Assembly (NCBI RefSeq): GCF_006345805.1
Contig: NC_042999.1
Location: forward strand, 65,472,001-65,536,000
Source: Octopus sinensis
Lineage: Eukaryota
DNA: 64,000 nt
Reading direction: 5' to 3'
In this document: in pieces, positions 14,460-26,099 of the stretch
How the letters are laid out: each line of letters opens with the position of its first letter
How positions within the stretch are numbered: position 1 is the stretch's first letter
Made by a program: the position numbers and the translations under genes
The notes under the pieces: model-generated
Told to the model about the DNA's origin: nothing
What the model saw: the letters and a program-made list of their open reading frames with translations, nothing else
The model's database searches: none

Positions 14460-14655
14460 AGACAACAAGGCCGGTTTCCTTGTGAGTGAACAATATATAA
14501 ATCCTCCCTGGATGGAATGCCGGTCCATCATAAGATGACATCCACTTTCCCCACTGAAATGAATTTTTTGTGTCTTCAAAACTCATTGTCCGATTCAGGA
14601 ATCGAAACAACCTTACGATCATGAGCCAAGTATCCTACCCACTGAGCAATATGAC
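14460..14655 (-). mobile_element. Degenerate SINE (family C-like)
   Basis: Reverse complement has a tRNA-like head (GTTTCGATTCC) and a GATGGACCGGCATTCCATCCAGGG domain. Confidence 0.5.
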
Positions 14656-15546
14656 TCTGTAATAGCTTAGATTGTTCTTCTTGTTTTTTCTTTTCTTTTT
14701 AAGAGTTGGAGTTTTGTGAATTTATCTTGTGGTAGCAGAGTCCAAACCGCAATCGTACGTATGTTCAGATCCTGGACGATCCATGTGTAAAGGAACACTA
14801 TTGTCTGTTCATCCACTCAACAGTAATACCAGCTATATTTCCTACTACATATCACATCTTGGATATTTCCGACACGTTTAGCAGCGGGGTATAAAGAATG
14901 GATCTATATGTGAATGTGACTATATAGGCGAATAAAATTGCAAAAATACAGTTCATTTTACACAGCTATTCTCATCTGCGAGTGACGGCTGGCAGTACTT
15001 GAACTGGTGAGAGCTATTCAAATACGATCAAACTGGTTTTCACATGACAAACATATTATTTAAAAGCACTGAATATAATACGGTATTTCTAAATTACTAT
15101 GCATCAGCCGAGCTACATGTCGATCACAGCTATATATATGCACAGACATAGTCATTGGGACTATCTGTAGGTTACGACGACGATAGTTCCACTTGATCCG
15201 ATCAGCAGAACAGCCTGCTCGTGAAATTAACTTACAACTAGGCGAGCCCTCTACAGACACACGGACACACGGAGTGGTTCGACATATAAGTAGTTCTCAG
15301 GAAGATTTAGCGTGACACCGAATGTGCAAAAAGTTGGGACCCTTTGAGTTACAGGTACTGTTCATTTTCGACAGCTAAATAGAGATGAGCAGCATCAAAT
15401 GAGATGTCTTGCGCAAGAGCAGAACACACCGAGAAACGAACTAACGACTTTACCATCGTGAAGCGAACAGCTTAAACAATAACCCATCCGATTTCAGATG
15501 CAAGTATATATATATTTATACATGCATACATACATATATACATATA

Positions 15547-15601
<55 letters not shown>

Positions 15602-15721
15602 AATCAAGGAATGGCCATAATAGGCCATTCACCCACTAGAAATAACAGCCAAAGCTTCAACCGCAAAATAACATTAATTCCGCAAACCAGGAGAAAATTA
15701 AAAAAAACATTTACCCTGTAA

Positions 15722-15826
15722 TTTCTTATACGATGCACCGTTTCATCTATTGTTTAATGGTAAACTAACCTGATTAAATTAAATCAAGCCAATCTTCCAT
15801 AGGCCGATAGATTCGTCAGTAAGAAA
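15722..15826 (-). ncRNA. Type I hammerhead ribozyme
   Basis: Reverse complement of the 16785-16889 motif, intact. Confidence 0.85.
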
Positions 15827-16206
15827 CAGCCAGATCCGAGCAAATATTATCACGAGGCACCTCTATCCCTGCCTCGGCAATATCTGACCTAAAATTTTCA
15901 AATCATCGCACTCGCGCCAAATTTATCGGCAGCAAATATAAGCCGCCGATTCCATTACGGAATTAACCAGAAAATTCATAATTAATCAATATAGGGTGGC
16001 AAAAAATTTCGTAGAATTTATTTGCCACCAGCAGCCTAGTGGGAAAAAATTAAATAGTCATAGACCATTTATAAGTTCAACATCACAATCAAGGAATGGC
16101 CATAATAGGCCATTCACCCACTAGAAATAACAGCCAAAGCTTCAACCGCAAAATAACATTAATTCCGCAAACCAGGAGAAAATTAAAAAAAACATTTACC
16201 CTGTAA

Positions 16207-16311
16207 TTTCTTATACGATGCACCGTTTCATCTATTGTTTAATGGTAAACTAACCTGATTAAATTAAATCAAGCCAATCTTCCATAGGCCGATAGATTCG
16301 TCAGTAACAAA
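16207..16311 (-). ncRNA. Type I hammerhead ribozyme (one stem I mismatch)
   Basis: Same motif; plus strand reads TAACAAA instead of TAAGAAA in one stem I strand. Confidence 0.75.
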
Positions 16312-16784
16312 CAGCCAGATCCGAGCAAATATTATCACGAGGCACCTCTATCCCTGCCTCGGTTTACCATTAAACAATAGATGAAACGGTGCATCGTATA
16401 AGAAATTACAGGGTAAATGTTTTTTTAATTTTCTCCTGGTTTGCGGAATTAATGTTATTTTGCGGTTGAAGCTTTGGCTGTTATTTCTAGTGGGTGAATG
16501 GCCTATTATGGCCATTCCTTGATTGTGATGTTGAACTTATAAATGGTCTATGACTATTTAATTTTTTCCCAGTAGGCCGCTGGTGGCAAATAAATTCTAC
16601 GAAATTTTTTGCCACCCTATATTGATTAATTATGAATTTTCTGGTTAATTCCGTAATGGAATCGGCGGCTTATATTTGCTGCCGATAAATTTGGCGCGAG
16701 TGCGATGATTTGAAAATTTTAGGTCAGATATTGCCGAGGCAGGGATAGAGGTGCCTCGTGATAATATTTGCTCGGATCTGGCTG

Positions 16785-16889
16785 TTTCTTACTGACGAAT
16801 CTATCGGCCTATGGAAGATTGGCTTGATTTAATTTAATCAGGTTAGTTTACCATTAAACAATAGATGAAACGGTGCATCGTATAAGAAA
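16785..16889 (+). ncRNA. Type I hammerhead ribozyme
   Basis: UUUCUUA-CUGACGA-AUCUAU-(56 nt)-AUAGAU-GAA-ACGGUGCAUCGU-A^UAAGAAA: all core nucleotides, 7-bp stem I, 6-bp stem II, GUA cleavage after 16882. Confidence 0.85.
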
Positions 16890-17109
16890 TTACAGGGTAA
16901 ATGTTTTTTTAATTTTCTCCTGGTTTGCGGAATTAATGTTATTTTGCGGTTGAAGCTTTGGCTGTTATTTCTAGTGGGTGAATGGCCTATTATGGCCATT
17001 CCTTGATTGTGATGTTGAACTTATAAATGGTCTATGACTATTTAATTTTTTCCCAGTAGGCCGCTGGTGGCAAATAAATTCTACGAAATATTTTGCCACC
17101 CTATATTGA

Positions 17110-17159
<50 letters not shown>

Positions 17160-17278
17160 AGATAATGGTGTCATTGAGACCCAAAGGTGTCAGGTAATGC
17201 TGAATAAGTGCTATAGACAGACCATAGTTAAGTTCCAGATTCGGAAATATTGCGAATAAAGGGTTCAACGTTGGTTCT

Positions 17279-18289
17279 ATGTCAGAGTGTGTATATAACC
17301 TGACCGTTGTCCCTTGCCCCGATTCATGGCTTAGCAAGTTGGAGCGAATCCTTTTCCGCTTTTTGTGGAAGGGAGGAAAGCCACTTGTGAGGCGCTCCGT
17401 TTGCTGCCAGGAACCCTTAAAGGGTGGGTTAGGAATGCCTTGGTTGATGATGCGCAGACATGCGTTGAGGCTGAAGCATATCTGGCACCACCTGGAGGCT
17501 GATAAGGTGTGGAGTCCGCTGGCAGGGGAATTTTTCCCGAGACCGGCCTCCTTAGTGAATTTTAAACCCGGTCGCATCAAAAGACGGAATTTGACTTTAT
17601 GGCAAAAGGAGTGCCGACAGGCACTCACGCTGATCCACAAGGCGGGCAAGGCCGGTTGCGGAAATACCACTTCGGTATTTTATAGAAGGCTGGTAGAGGC
17701 AAAGAACGACGACGTCCTAGGAGGGGCTCTGGGGTTTGACGAAGACCAGCTTACCAACCTGTTTAAAAAGACTTTCAGGACGGGGTATTTGGATAATTTC
17801 CAAAGATCCCTGGCCTGGCAGTGTTATAGGAATGCTTTACCTGTTCGCGAGAAGTTATCGCGGCACGGAGTTTCAGTGCCACCGACGTGTCCAAGATGCG
17901 GGTTAGACGATGAAACCGTCCAGCACGCTTTTGTACGCTGTCGGAAGTTGTCAGACTTGATAAGTTACGCAGAACACGTGTTGTCGCATCTGGGACGAGT
18001 ACAGCTGTCGGCTGAGTCTATGATTAAGATGATACCGCCAACTGGACTCTCGAAGGAAGGTGAGGCATGTTTTCACTGCACGGTTGCAGTAGTAAAAGAA
18101 TGCATGTGGCGTACAAGAATGGAAGGAGTCACGATAGGATCCTTTGTCTCGGGCCCCGGCTTGCTCACTTACTTCAGATATCATCTGAAGAGCAAAATGT
18201 GGCTGGAAAAGAGGATCTTACCACGGGGTGTGTATGAGAAAAGATGGAAGGAAGTGGTAAAAAAGGTGGGTGTCAGAAACCCAGCTTAA
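17279..18289 (+). pseudogene. C-terminal ORF2 of a 5'-truncated Tx1/L1-like LINE (RT thumb plus zf-RVT)
   Basis: 336-aa open frame with FLWKG, KGGLGMP and CPRCG..ETVQHAFVRC motifs; lacks EN and RT core; 3' UTR ends AATAAAGAAAT at ~18544. Confidence 0.85.
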
Positions 18290-18560
18290 CTATGGATGGA
18301 GGAGAGGAAAGAAAAGCTGCGGGGCCTTATAGGTTGCCGGGGTTTAAAACATCGGTAAGATCGCAAGTTTATGTAATGTTATAATATTCTATTGGTCATG
18401 GAAAGGACAATTTATAGACGAATTTTTATAATGAATAATCCAAATGTTATGGAAAATTTTTAATCGGACCTCTTAACTGTTTTTTGCATGTACGTCCTGT
18501 ATTTGTCCTTCTATGTAATGATTGTATAATCATAATAAAGAAATAAGAGTGCGTATATAA

Positions 18561-18687
18561 GAATTTGTTGCGTAATGAGATAAAAAAACCAAGGGTGTAT
18601 ATATATTAGAGCATTTATAGATATCTATAAATGCTTTAATATCTATACATCCTTGGTTTTTATTTATCTCATTACGCAAAAAATTCA
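18561..18687. repeat. ~125-bp spacerless imperfect palindrome
   Basis: Centre GATATC at 18620-18625; arms TTGCGTAATGAGATAAA..AACCAAGG / CCTTGGTT..TTTATCTCATTACGCAA. Confidence 0.85.
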
Positions 18688-18744
18688 TATATATATATAT
18701 AATTAAGGAGAGGAGAAATCAATTTCAAAGCCGATGTATAACGA

Positions 18745-19230
18745 AAATGAAGACCGTAGTAAGAGTGAAGCTATCATAGAACTTTATTCTGAGAGTACGA
18801 AGGCAATTGTAATTGACAACGAGAGGTGTGAGGGACTGAGAGAATTGTTTGGAAATAAGATAGACCCAACAGGAGTACGAGGGATTTCGATGACTTGCCG
18901 CCAGTAATAGATTACAAGGACTTAATACCTTACATAAAATGGTGAGGAAAAGGAAAAAGAAACGGAAGAAAAGTGTTAGGAATTATAATGACTGTAAAAT
19001 GGATGAAAAAAAAAGGGAAAAGATGAGAAAAAAGAAAAATGAAATAAAAACGTTAAGCTGAAACGTTTAAATGATACTGCTTGCGAGTGGGGAGCATGCA
19101 GTCCTTTCACATTCATTATCATAATTCATCCTCCATTAGTTCGTTCTGTGTTTTTTGTCCCCACTGTGACGTTATGTCTGTCCTTGTGCTGTCCCCTCTG
19201 TGTATGAGCCAGAGTGCTTAAATAGAGAAA
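18745..19230 (+). mobile_element. 3' fragment of a non-autonomous Tx1-tail element
   Basis: Paralogous to 19500-20000; ends TGTCCTTGTGCTGTCCCCTC...AAATAGAGAAAT. Confidence 0.55.
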
Positions 19231-19322
19231 TACATTGCGTTTAATATGGGTGTTGGTAGTTTTTTCTTTGACGTGAATTTGAATCGATACACACTGTTAT
19301 TGTTACGGACTGTTATTTTTAT

Positions 19323-19490
19323 TCCTTTATTGCCCACGGGGGGGGGGCTAAACATAGAGGGGACAAACAAGAACAGACAAGGGGATTAAGTCTGTGCGTA
19401 ACTGGCACTTATTTAATCGACCCCGAAAGGATGAAAGGCAAAGTCGACCTCGGCGGAATTTGAACTCAGAATATAGCGGCAGACGAAAAC
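19323..19490 (-). mobile_element. SINE family B with Tx1-type tail
   Basis: AAGTCGACCTCGGCGGAATTTGAACTC body; tail reverse complement TTTGTCCCCTCTATGTTTAGCCCC..AATAAAGGAAT. Confidence 0.8.
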
Positions 19491-19499
19491 ATTATATAG

Positions 19500-20000
19500 T
19501 ATAAATCACTAATAAGAGTAAGGATGCTACAAGGAAAATACCCGGAAAAGACTAAAAGAATAACCGTAGGGAGACATGAAAATTGCGAGAGATGTTTGGA
19601 AGCTACGTAGACCCACTGGGGGTTGTAGTCGAGTTTGACGAACATCCACCAGTCGTGGAATTCGAAGATTTAAAACCATTAATGAACATTTAAAAGCAAG
19701 TGAGTAAAATTTATTTTAAAAAGAAAAAAAGAGGAAAAATCGACTGTTATAAAAGTTTTGAAAAAAGAAAAAAAAAGCAACGATACAAAAAGAAATATAA
19801 GTACGTTTGATTTAATTGTGTAAATTAGCTGTTAAATGGTACTGCATGAGAAGTGGGATTCAATGCAACCGTTTCACCATCATCGATTTCATTGTACATT
19901 TTCATGTTTCATCCGTTTTATGTTTTTTTGTCCCCACTGTGGTGGTCTGTCCGTCCTTGTGCTGTCCCCTCCTTGTGAATGGCCGCAGTGCCAAAATAAT
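19500..20000 (+). mobile_element. 3' fragment of a non-autonomous Tx1-tail element
   Basis: Paralogous to 18745-19230 (GTTTGGA..TAGACCCA..; TTTTGTCCCCACTGTG). Confidence 0.55.
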
Positions 20001-20119
20001 TGAATATACGTTGTGTTTAACGGCATATGCCTGAAGAGAATGGTCCGATCAAACATTCGATTTTTATTAACTTATTTAACCCACCACTTCTTTTGAACAT
20101 CTACCATTGTGATTCTATT

Positions 20120-20207
20120 AACTCCGATGAGACAAATATAGAGTATTGCTTTGGTTGGATTTAGCTCGCCCGTGGAAACCTACAAATTTTCGAAACGGCC
20201 TTAAGAC
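20120..20207 (+). ncRNA. Degenerate hammerhead (CCGAUGA core)
   Basis: CCGATGA...GAA-ACGGCCTT-A-AGAC; near-palindromic stem III; stems partly decayed. Confidence 0.35.
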
Positions 20208-20643
20208 TTTATACATATGTTCCTGACTCCCTATGAATCATTTTACATCCGCTTTATCACCCTCTTCATTCAGACTTCGCAGGTATATTTATGGATTTAC
20301 ACTTTTTACATATCTATATTTATAAATTTTTATATGTTTGTAAATTTTTATATGTGTATGAATTTGTACATATTTATATATATTCGTGTATATGCATGTA
20401 TTTATAAATTCTTAGAATTTTTAGATATATCATATAGATGAATGCTTCTATATATGCACTTTGTAGACCATGGGGAATTTTGTTAATATGGATTCAACGA
20501 ATATATATATATAACGGCCTTTAAATTTGTTTTCTCCTCTCCTTAATTTTATATTCCTCAAGCTCTATCACATCGCAAATCGGTTGAGCTGTATTAAGTG
20601 GATACCTATATCACTTATTTCTTCAGTGTTCTATATATATACA

Positions 20644-20860
20644 GATAAGACCGCCATGTTGATTCGTTAGCTCCTGCACGCATTTTTTTTCTCTCCTTGT
20701 TTCTCTCCGTGTTTCTTTTCTGTGTATCTTTCTGTTGAAGAGCGTAGGCTCGAAACGTAAAAGACTTGTTTTATTTCTATTCCTGACCGCCATACTAATA
20801 CAATTGTCTGTTTGTACTCCACCTGCCTTCGTCTTTTGTTTATTTTCGTAAAGCCTCCTG

Positions 20861-20862
<2 letters not shown>
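20644..20862 (+). mobile_element. Penelope pLTR-like repeat (same family as 61315-61530)
   Basis: Homologous to the reverse complement of 61315-61530; ends in (TA)n; carries an HHR-like motif. Confidence 0.65.
20727..20764 (+). ncRNA. Minimal type I hammerhead, U6 variant
   Basis: UCUUU-CUGUUGA-A-GAGC(GUAG)GCUC-GAA-ACGU-A^AAAGA. Confidence 0.6.
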
Positions 20863-20901
<39 letters not shown>

Positions 20902-20984
20902 GGTCCCGGGTTGATTCGGGGTTAACCACAGTAAATAAGGTACTCAATACATAGCAGAGTAAAATTAATTTATTATATAGAAGG

Positions 20985-21035
20985 AGCTTCTACAGGACTA
21001 GAACTGTTTCATTCAAGAGAAATCTTCAGGAAGCT
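20985..21035 (-). ncRNA. Type I hammerhead ribozyme in a pLTR-like repeat (~20899-21240)
   Basis: AGCUUC-CUGAAGA-U-UUC(UCUU)GAA-U-GAA-ACAG(UUCUAGUC)CUGU-A^GAAGCU. Confidence 0.8.
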
Positions 21036-21244
21036 AGTAACAAGAATGGTATTGGCATTTATACATTTAGGCAGGTTTAAAGGGGTGGTGGTGGGGGACT
21101 TTTTGGGGGTAGGCATAGCGCAAAAATATCATACTTGGGGAGTGGTCAAGGAGTCATGGTAAATTAGATAAAAGAATAAATAAAAGAATAAAAAAATATT
21201 ATAGAAGAATAGAGTTTTAGGTAATAAGGAGATTCTCACTTATA

Positions 21245-21573
21245 CCTATACACATATGTATACATATATACACACACACACACACACACATATACATACC
21301 ACATGCAACACACACCACATATATACATACACACATATATACATACATATATCTACATATATATATATATATATATATACATACATATATACACACATAT
21401 ATGCATATACATATACACACACACATGTATATATACACACACGACCACACATACATATACACACAAAAAAATATATACATACACACACATACACATACAC
21501 ACATACACACACATATCCACATACACACATGCACACACAACACACAAGTCCCTATATACACATATATACATAT

Positions 21574-21624
<51 letters not shown>

Positions 21625-21754
21625 CACATATGTGTACCTATACATACCTACACATACACACATATACATACAGATACAAACCCATTCCCTAATTTTAATT
21701 TTATTATCTTCATTTATTACTTTTGTATATATACATATATATATATACATATAC

Positions 21755-21785
<31 letters not shown>

Positions 21786-21790
21786 AACTT
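21245..21790. repeat. Compound (TA)/(CA)/(TACA) microsatellite
   Basis: Direct reading; source of several spurious ORFs. Confidence 0.95.
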
Positions 21791-22730
21791 ACGTGAATAT
21801 AGCTGACATCATCACCACAATCAACGCTTAACGCCAGTTTTCCATGCTGGCATGGGTTGGACATCTCTCTCTCTCTGTATGTATATATATATATATATGC
21901 TTGTGCACTTGTGTATGCACACATGCATACATTTATATATATACGTTATTAAATAGGCTATATTTAATGACATTTATCGTTTTATTCTTGGTGAAACTCT
22001 GCTAACTAGCTGTCTCATTGAATTATATGTACATATACATACACACTGACACACCCACCCACACAAACATACACCATGTATACATACTTGCTGCGGCATT
22101 CTTAATGTATAAATTATTCAATATTCAAATGGAAAAATCGTGAGCACTACGGTGAAAGCAAAGTGTTGTCATATGTAAATTAATGTCAATAATTTTAACA
22201 ATCAACTTTCAATAAATAAACTGTAAAACATTTCTTGTACAAGGAAATAGGTGAGTGAATATATAAGCCACACGCAGTAAAAAGCATGCATCCAGCCCTT
22301 CATCCAGCCACCTACCCATCCATCCATCCCTCCATCCATCCATACGTACATATATACACACATAGATACGCATACATAGATAGATATACATATATACACA
22401 CATAGATATACATACATAGACAGATATTTATATATATACAATCTTACATATGTGTGTGTGTGCATGTAGGTATGTATGTAAACAGGTATGCATATATTGT
22501 GTCTTAGCATCAGCCCTTTAAAGAGCACTTTCTTACCAAATTCGACCGTTAAATTCACGTTACATAAAAATTTCCGTCATATATTCTTGTTGTGTGATAT
22601 TCTTGTTCGAAATATAAGATATGTTTACTGCGAGCGAACATCTGCAGCAGAAATGAGTCACTACACAGATCTTACAGCTAAAGAAAGAAACTGACATCTC
22701 AGGAAATATATTTCAAGTAATAGAGAATTT

Positions 22731-23035
22731 GTGGAGGCGAATTGGCCCAATGGTTATGGCAGCGGACTCGCGGTCGGGGGATCGCGTTTTCGATTCCCAG
22801 ACTGGGCGTTGTGTGTTTATTGAGCGAAAACACCTAAAGCTCCACGAGACTCCGGCAGGGGGTGGTGGCGACCCCTGTTGTACTCTTTCGCCCCAACTTT
22901 CTCTCACTCTTTCTTCCTGTTTCTTGAATAACGCTGCGATGGAAAGGCGTCCCGTCCAGCTGGGGGGAACACATACGCCACAAAAACCGGGAAACCGGGC
23001 ACATGAGCATGGCTAGGCTTGAAAAGGGCGCATAA
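22731..23035 (+). mobile_element. SINE family C, full length
   Basis: tRNA-like head (TGGCCCAATGG...TTCGATTCCC), central domain and A-rich tail; homologous to 53275 and 61662. Confidence 0.85.
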
Positions 23036-23259
23036 ATAAAAAAAAATAAAATAGAGAATTTAGCAGTTTTTATCTAATATGAAAGTACTTCAATTTCACC
23101 AAAGAAATGGTCGCTGACTGAACCAATTATTAGTAAGGTAAAATTAGGAAAGTCTATGTATGTATATGTATGCATACATGCATACATATGAATATATGTA
23201 TGTATATATATATTACGTATGTACTTTTATATAGATACTTCGTGTCTTATCTAGAAATG

Positions 23260-23872
23260 ATATTCACCCGGGGGTCTTATGCTGGCTTTCTATTGAGTTC
23301 ACCGTGTTACGGGTCGAAGCGATCTGAGTCTTCAGCCTGTTGAAGCCATTTGCCGTTTCAGCGTCGAACGCCAAAAACTCGACGGCGGGAAACGAGCTCC
23401 ATATTTCCTTTGACAGTTATGAGCCACGTCTTCAGCTGACCGCCCTGGAGGAGGATCTAGTGGTAACGCCTACCAGATGATTTTGACGTAGATGGGCCAC
23501 AACGCATGACCGAATCACTGTAGTCTCCTTGTCTGGAGAGTCCGCTCAAGAGGTAAGAGACCACAGCGAGCATAGAGTTGTGGGCTCGAAACGTAATCCG
23601 AGATACGCAGTCGGAGAAGATGACGTTTACAAAACCGATCAAAGACCTCCAGATTCTGGACGTCAGCAACATGCATTGGCCAGGTCTCACAACCATAGAG
23701 GAAAACATTTCGGACAAGCGCCTGGTAAATACTAAATTGCATCATGGGAGGCATTTCCCGAAATGACCACAGGAACTTATGGAGTCGGTGGTGAGCCGAC
23801 CAAGCGCAATTGATCCGAATGAAGATCTCGTCTATCCTTTGGTCAGTAGCGGTAAACGTGGTTCCGAGGTAT
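23260..23872 (-). pseudogene. RTE-clade LINE 3' remnant
   Basis: YLGT, IYQALVRNVFLYGCETW, LEVFD, RRLQ*FGH motifs. Confidence 0.85.
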
Positions 23873-23956
23873 ACATACATACAACATACATATATACTGT
23901 GAAAATTATAAGGGTAGAACATTTAGAAAACCTTTCATACCAGTGACTAGCGTGCG

Positions 23957-23989
<33 letters not shown>

Positions 23990-23992
<3 letters not shown>

Positions 23993-24150
23993 GATAGGCT
24001 TTTTGCACTTTCCATCTACCAAAACCACACACGAGGCTTGTAACGGACGGAGGCTATAGTAGAAGGCACTTTCTTAAGTTGCTACGTGGTGGGGCTGCAC
24101 CATTTGCTTGGGGAGAAATCTTCTTACCACACCGCAGCGCGTGCGCCTAC
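23990..24150 (-). mobile_element. SINE family A, 5' half
   Basis: GAGGCTATAGTAGAAGGCACT...TTCTTACCACAC. Confidence 0.65.
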
Positions 24151-24706
24151 ACACACACTAACACTTATACACATGTACATATACATATACGTATCAATTG
24201 ATACATATACACATACATATACATAGGCACAAACACACACGAACTTACGCACACACACACTCACACACGTATGTATTTTTGTATTCCATTTAAAATCTGT
24301 TCACTGTATGTGGATACCTGATGTCATCAAAACTATGGATTTAAATACCACTGGATTTACGCCAGTAATTCTTTCGTGGCCGTAGGATTTATAGCATATT
24401 AGAGAAACGGAAAGGAAATCGACTTCACGAGATTCTTTATTAATCGCTCTGATCGTTTCAAACCATTGTGCATCTGTCCTTCGCGGCCTCTCGTATCTGC
24501 GAATAGCTACAGACAACTACCAAGAGGTATTCTAATCGATGTAATGATTACCAGGTTCGAAAATGTTCTGGGCCTTTTAAACTGTATTTTGATGGAGATT
24601 CGACTCCATTTTCCTCTTCATCTAGTTACATCATAACTGCTTCATTGTTGCCTAGACCTATAGTTTGGTAATCTGATGCAACATATATATATATATATAT
24701 ATATAT

Positions 24707-24995
24707 AAACAATTGCAGCGTGGAAGGTGTTTATAAGCCATTTAAGAAACACACAAAAATCGTTAGATTCATTTCAACATTTGAGACCGCGACCTGTTCA
24801 CTGAAAAAACGCAGTACAAAGTTTTGCCAGCGGTCTCAAAGCGACGAAAATATTTTGACAAATTAAATTTAAATGTTGAAGTGAATCTAACGGTTTTTGT
24901 GTGTTTCTTAAATGGCTTATAAACACCTTCCACGCTGCAATAGTTTTCGACCCTGCACACGATCTCAGATCAAGTCACTCGCTATGCAAGTACAT
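24707..24995. mobile_element. Head-to-head inverted pLTR-like element (family of 41691)
   Basis: Arms TGCAGCGTGGAAGGTGTTTATAAGCC.. and its reverse complement; HHR halves on opposite strands; TA flanks. Confidence 0.75.
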
Positions 24996-25948
24996 CTATA
25001 TGTGTATATATATATATAAATTTATTACACTTCGATACGTAGATCCAAGCACATATATACAGCCAGTTTTTTTTTTAAATATCATGTTATTTCCCTTGAA
25101 AACATAAATAACATTGTATATAAAAATTGAGTTTTAAAATGTTTCAAATAATTTTACGTTCCTTTTCATTTAGAATCTGTTATAAATTACATTTAAATTT
25201 GTTATTTATTTATATACACGTCGATTATTTCACTTTATCGGTAACATGTTTACATGAAAAGATATATAATCTGATCTTAAACTACCAATATAATTCTTTC
25301 AACGTGTAGACTATATAAGCTAAAATGATAGTGAAGTTGATAGTTCTGATCGAATTGATTACATATATCTTCATTATTTTTATTTTTCTCCTTACTTTAG
25401 TCATTATTTTCCCTGTGTCTTGCTGACAAACTCGTAGTTCTTTTGCTGTATTTTATGTGCGGCAAAGGCATCCGATGAGAGATATTACAAATTTTAATCA
25501 CGAAACACAGTTACAATTTTATATCGTACCAAACAGATAATATCTTTTACATCAATAACAAAATATAATGTATATATGTCTGAAAAAAGTGAATTGCCAT
25601 AAAAAAAAATACCTCGAAATTTGTTGGCAGCGGTATAGATGGTTGTGAAGATGAAATTACATGACAAAATTTTACATAATGAGACAAGCAGTAATAACAT
25701 TATAAATAATAGCGGTGATGATAATAATTTGAATGATGGTGTTTGGTTACAGAGGTAGTAAAACTGGTGTTATCAGATATTTTGTAAAATTTCAACGGGG
25801 TTGAAGACGGAAAATATATTTTAAAGAAAGGAAGAGAAATAAGGAAATAAACGTAAAAACGCTTGCACAGAAGCTGTGACAAGACACGAACTAAACATCA
25901 GATCACGCTGTAACATATAAATACATTGATATACATATATGTAAGCGT

Positions 25949-25994
<46 letters not shown>

Positions 25995-26099
25995 GTGCCT
26001 GTATATATTTATCTATATATATATGTGTGTGTGTGTGATTTTATAAATATATATGTACATAGAACAAAAGTACATAGGTATATGTATTTAAATGTATAA

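Larger units (their letters stand above)
15597..17113. mobile_element. Retrozyme-like array: ~485-nt HHR unit, ~1.6 tandem copies on minus (15597-16362) joined head-to-head with ~1.6 copies on plus (16362-17113)
   Basis: Period 485/484 read directly; inversion junction at 16362; (TA)n on both flanks; no long ORF; contains HHR cores. Confidence 0.85.

Noticed and set aside
21217-21924. Long ORFs rich in YI/HT/CV (also near 4.0k, 7.2k, 8.9k, 28.0k and 50.4k)
   Set aside because: Translations of dinucleotide microsatellites and SINEs
22731-22810. tRNA gene (also other SINE heads)
   Set aside because: A/B boxes continue into SINE bodies; no complete cloverleaf
25470-25515. CCGATGA...CGAAAC
   Set aside because: Possibly an old HHR relic, but stems I and III do not pair
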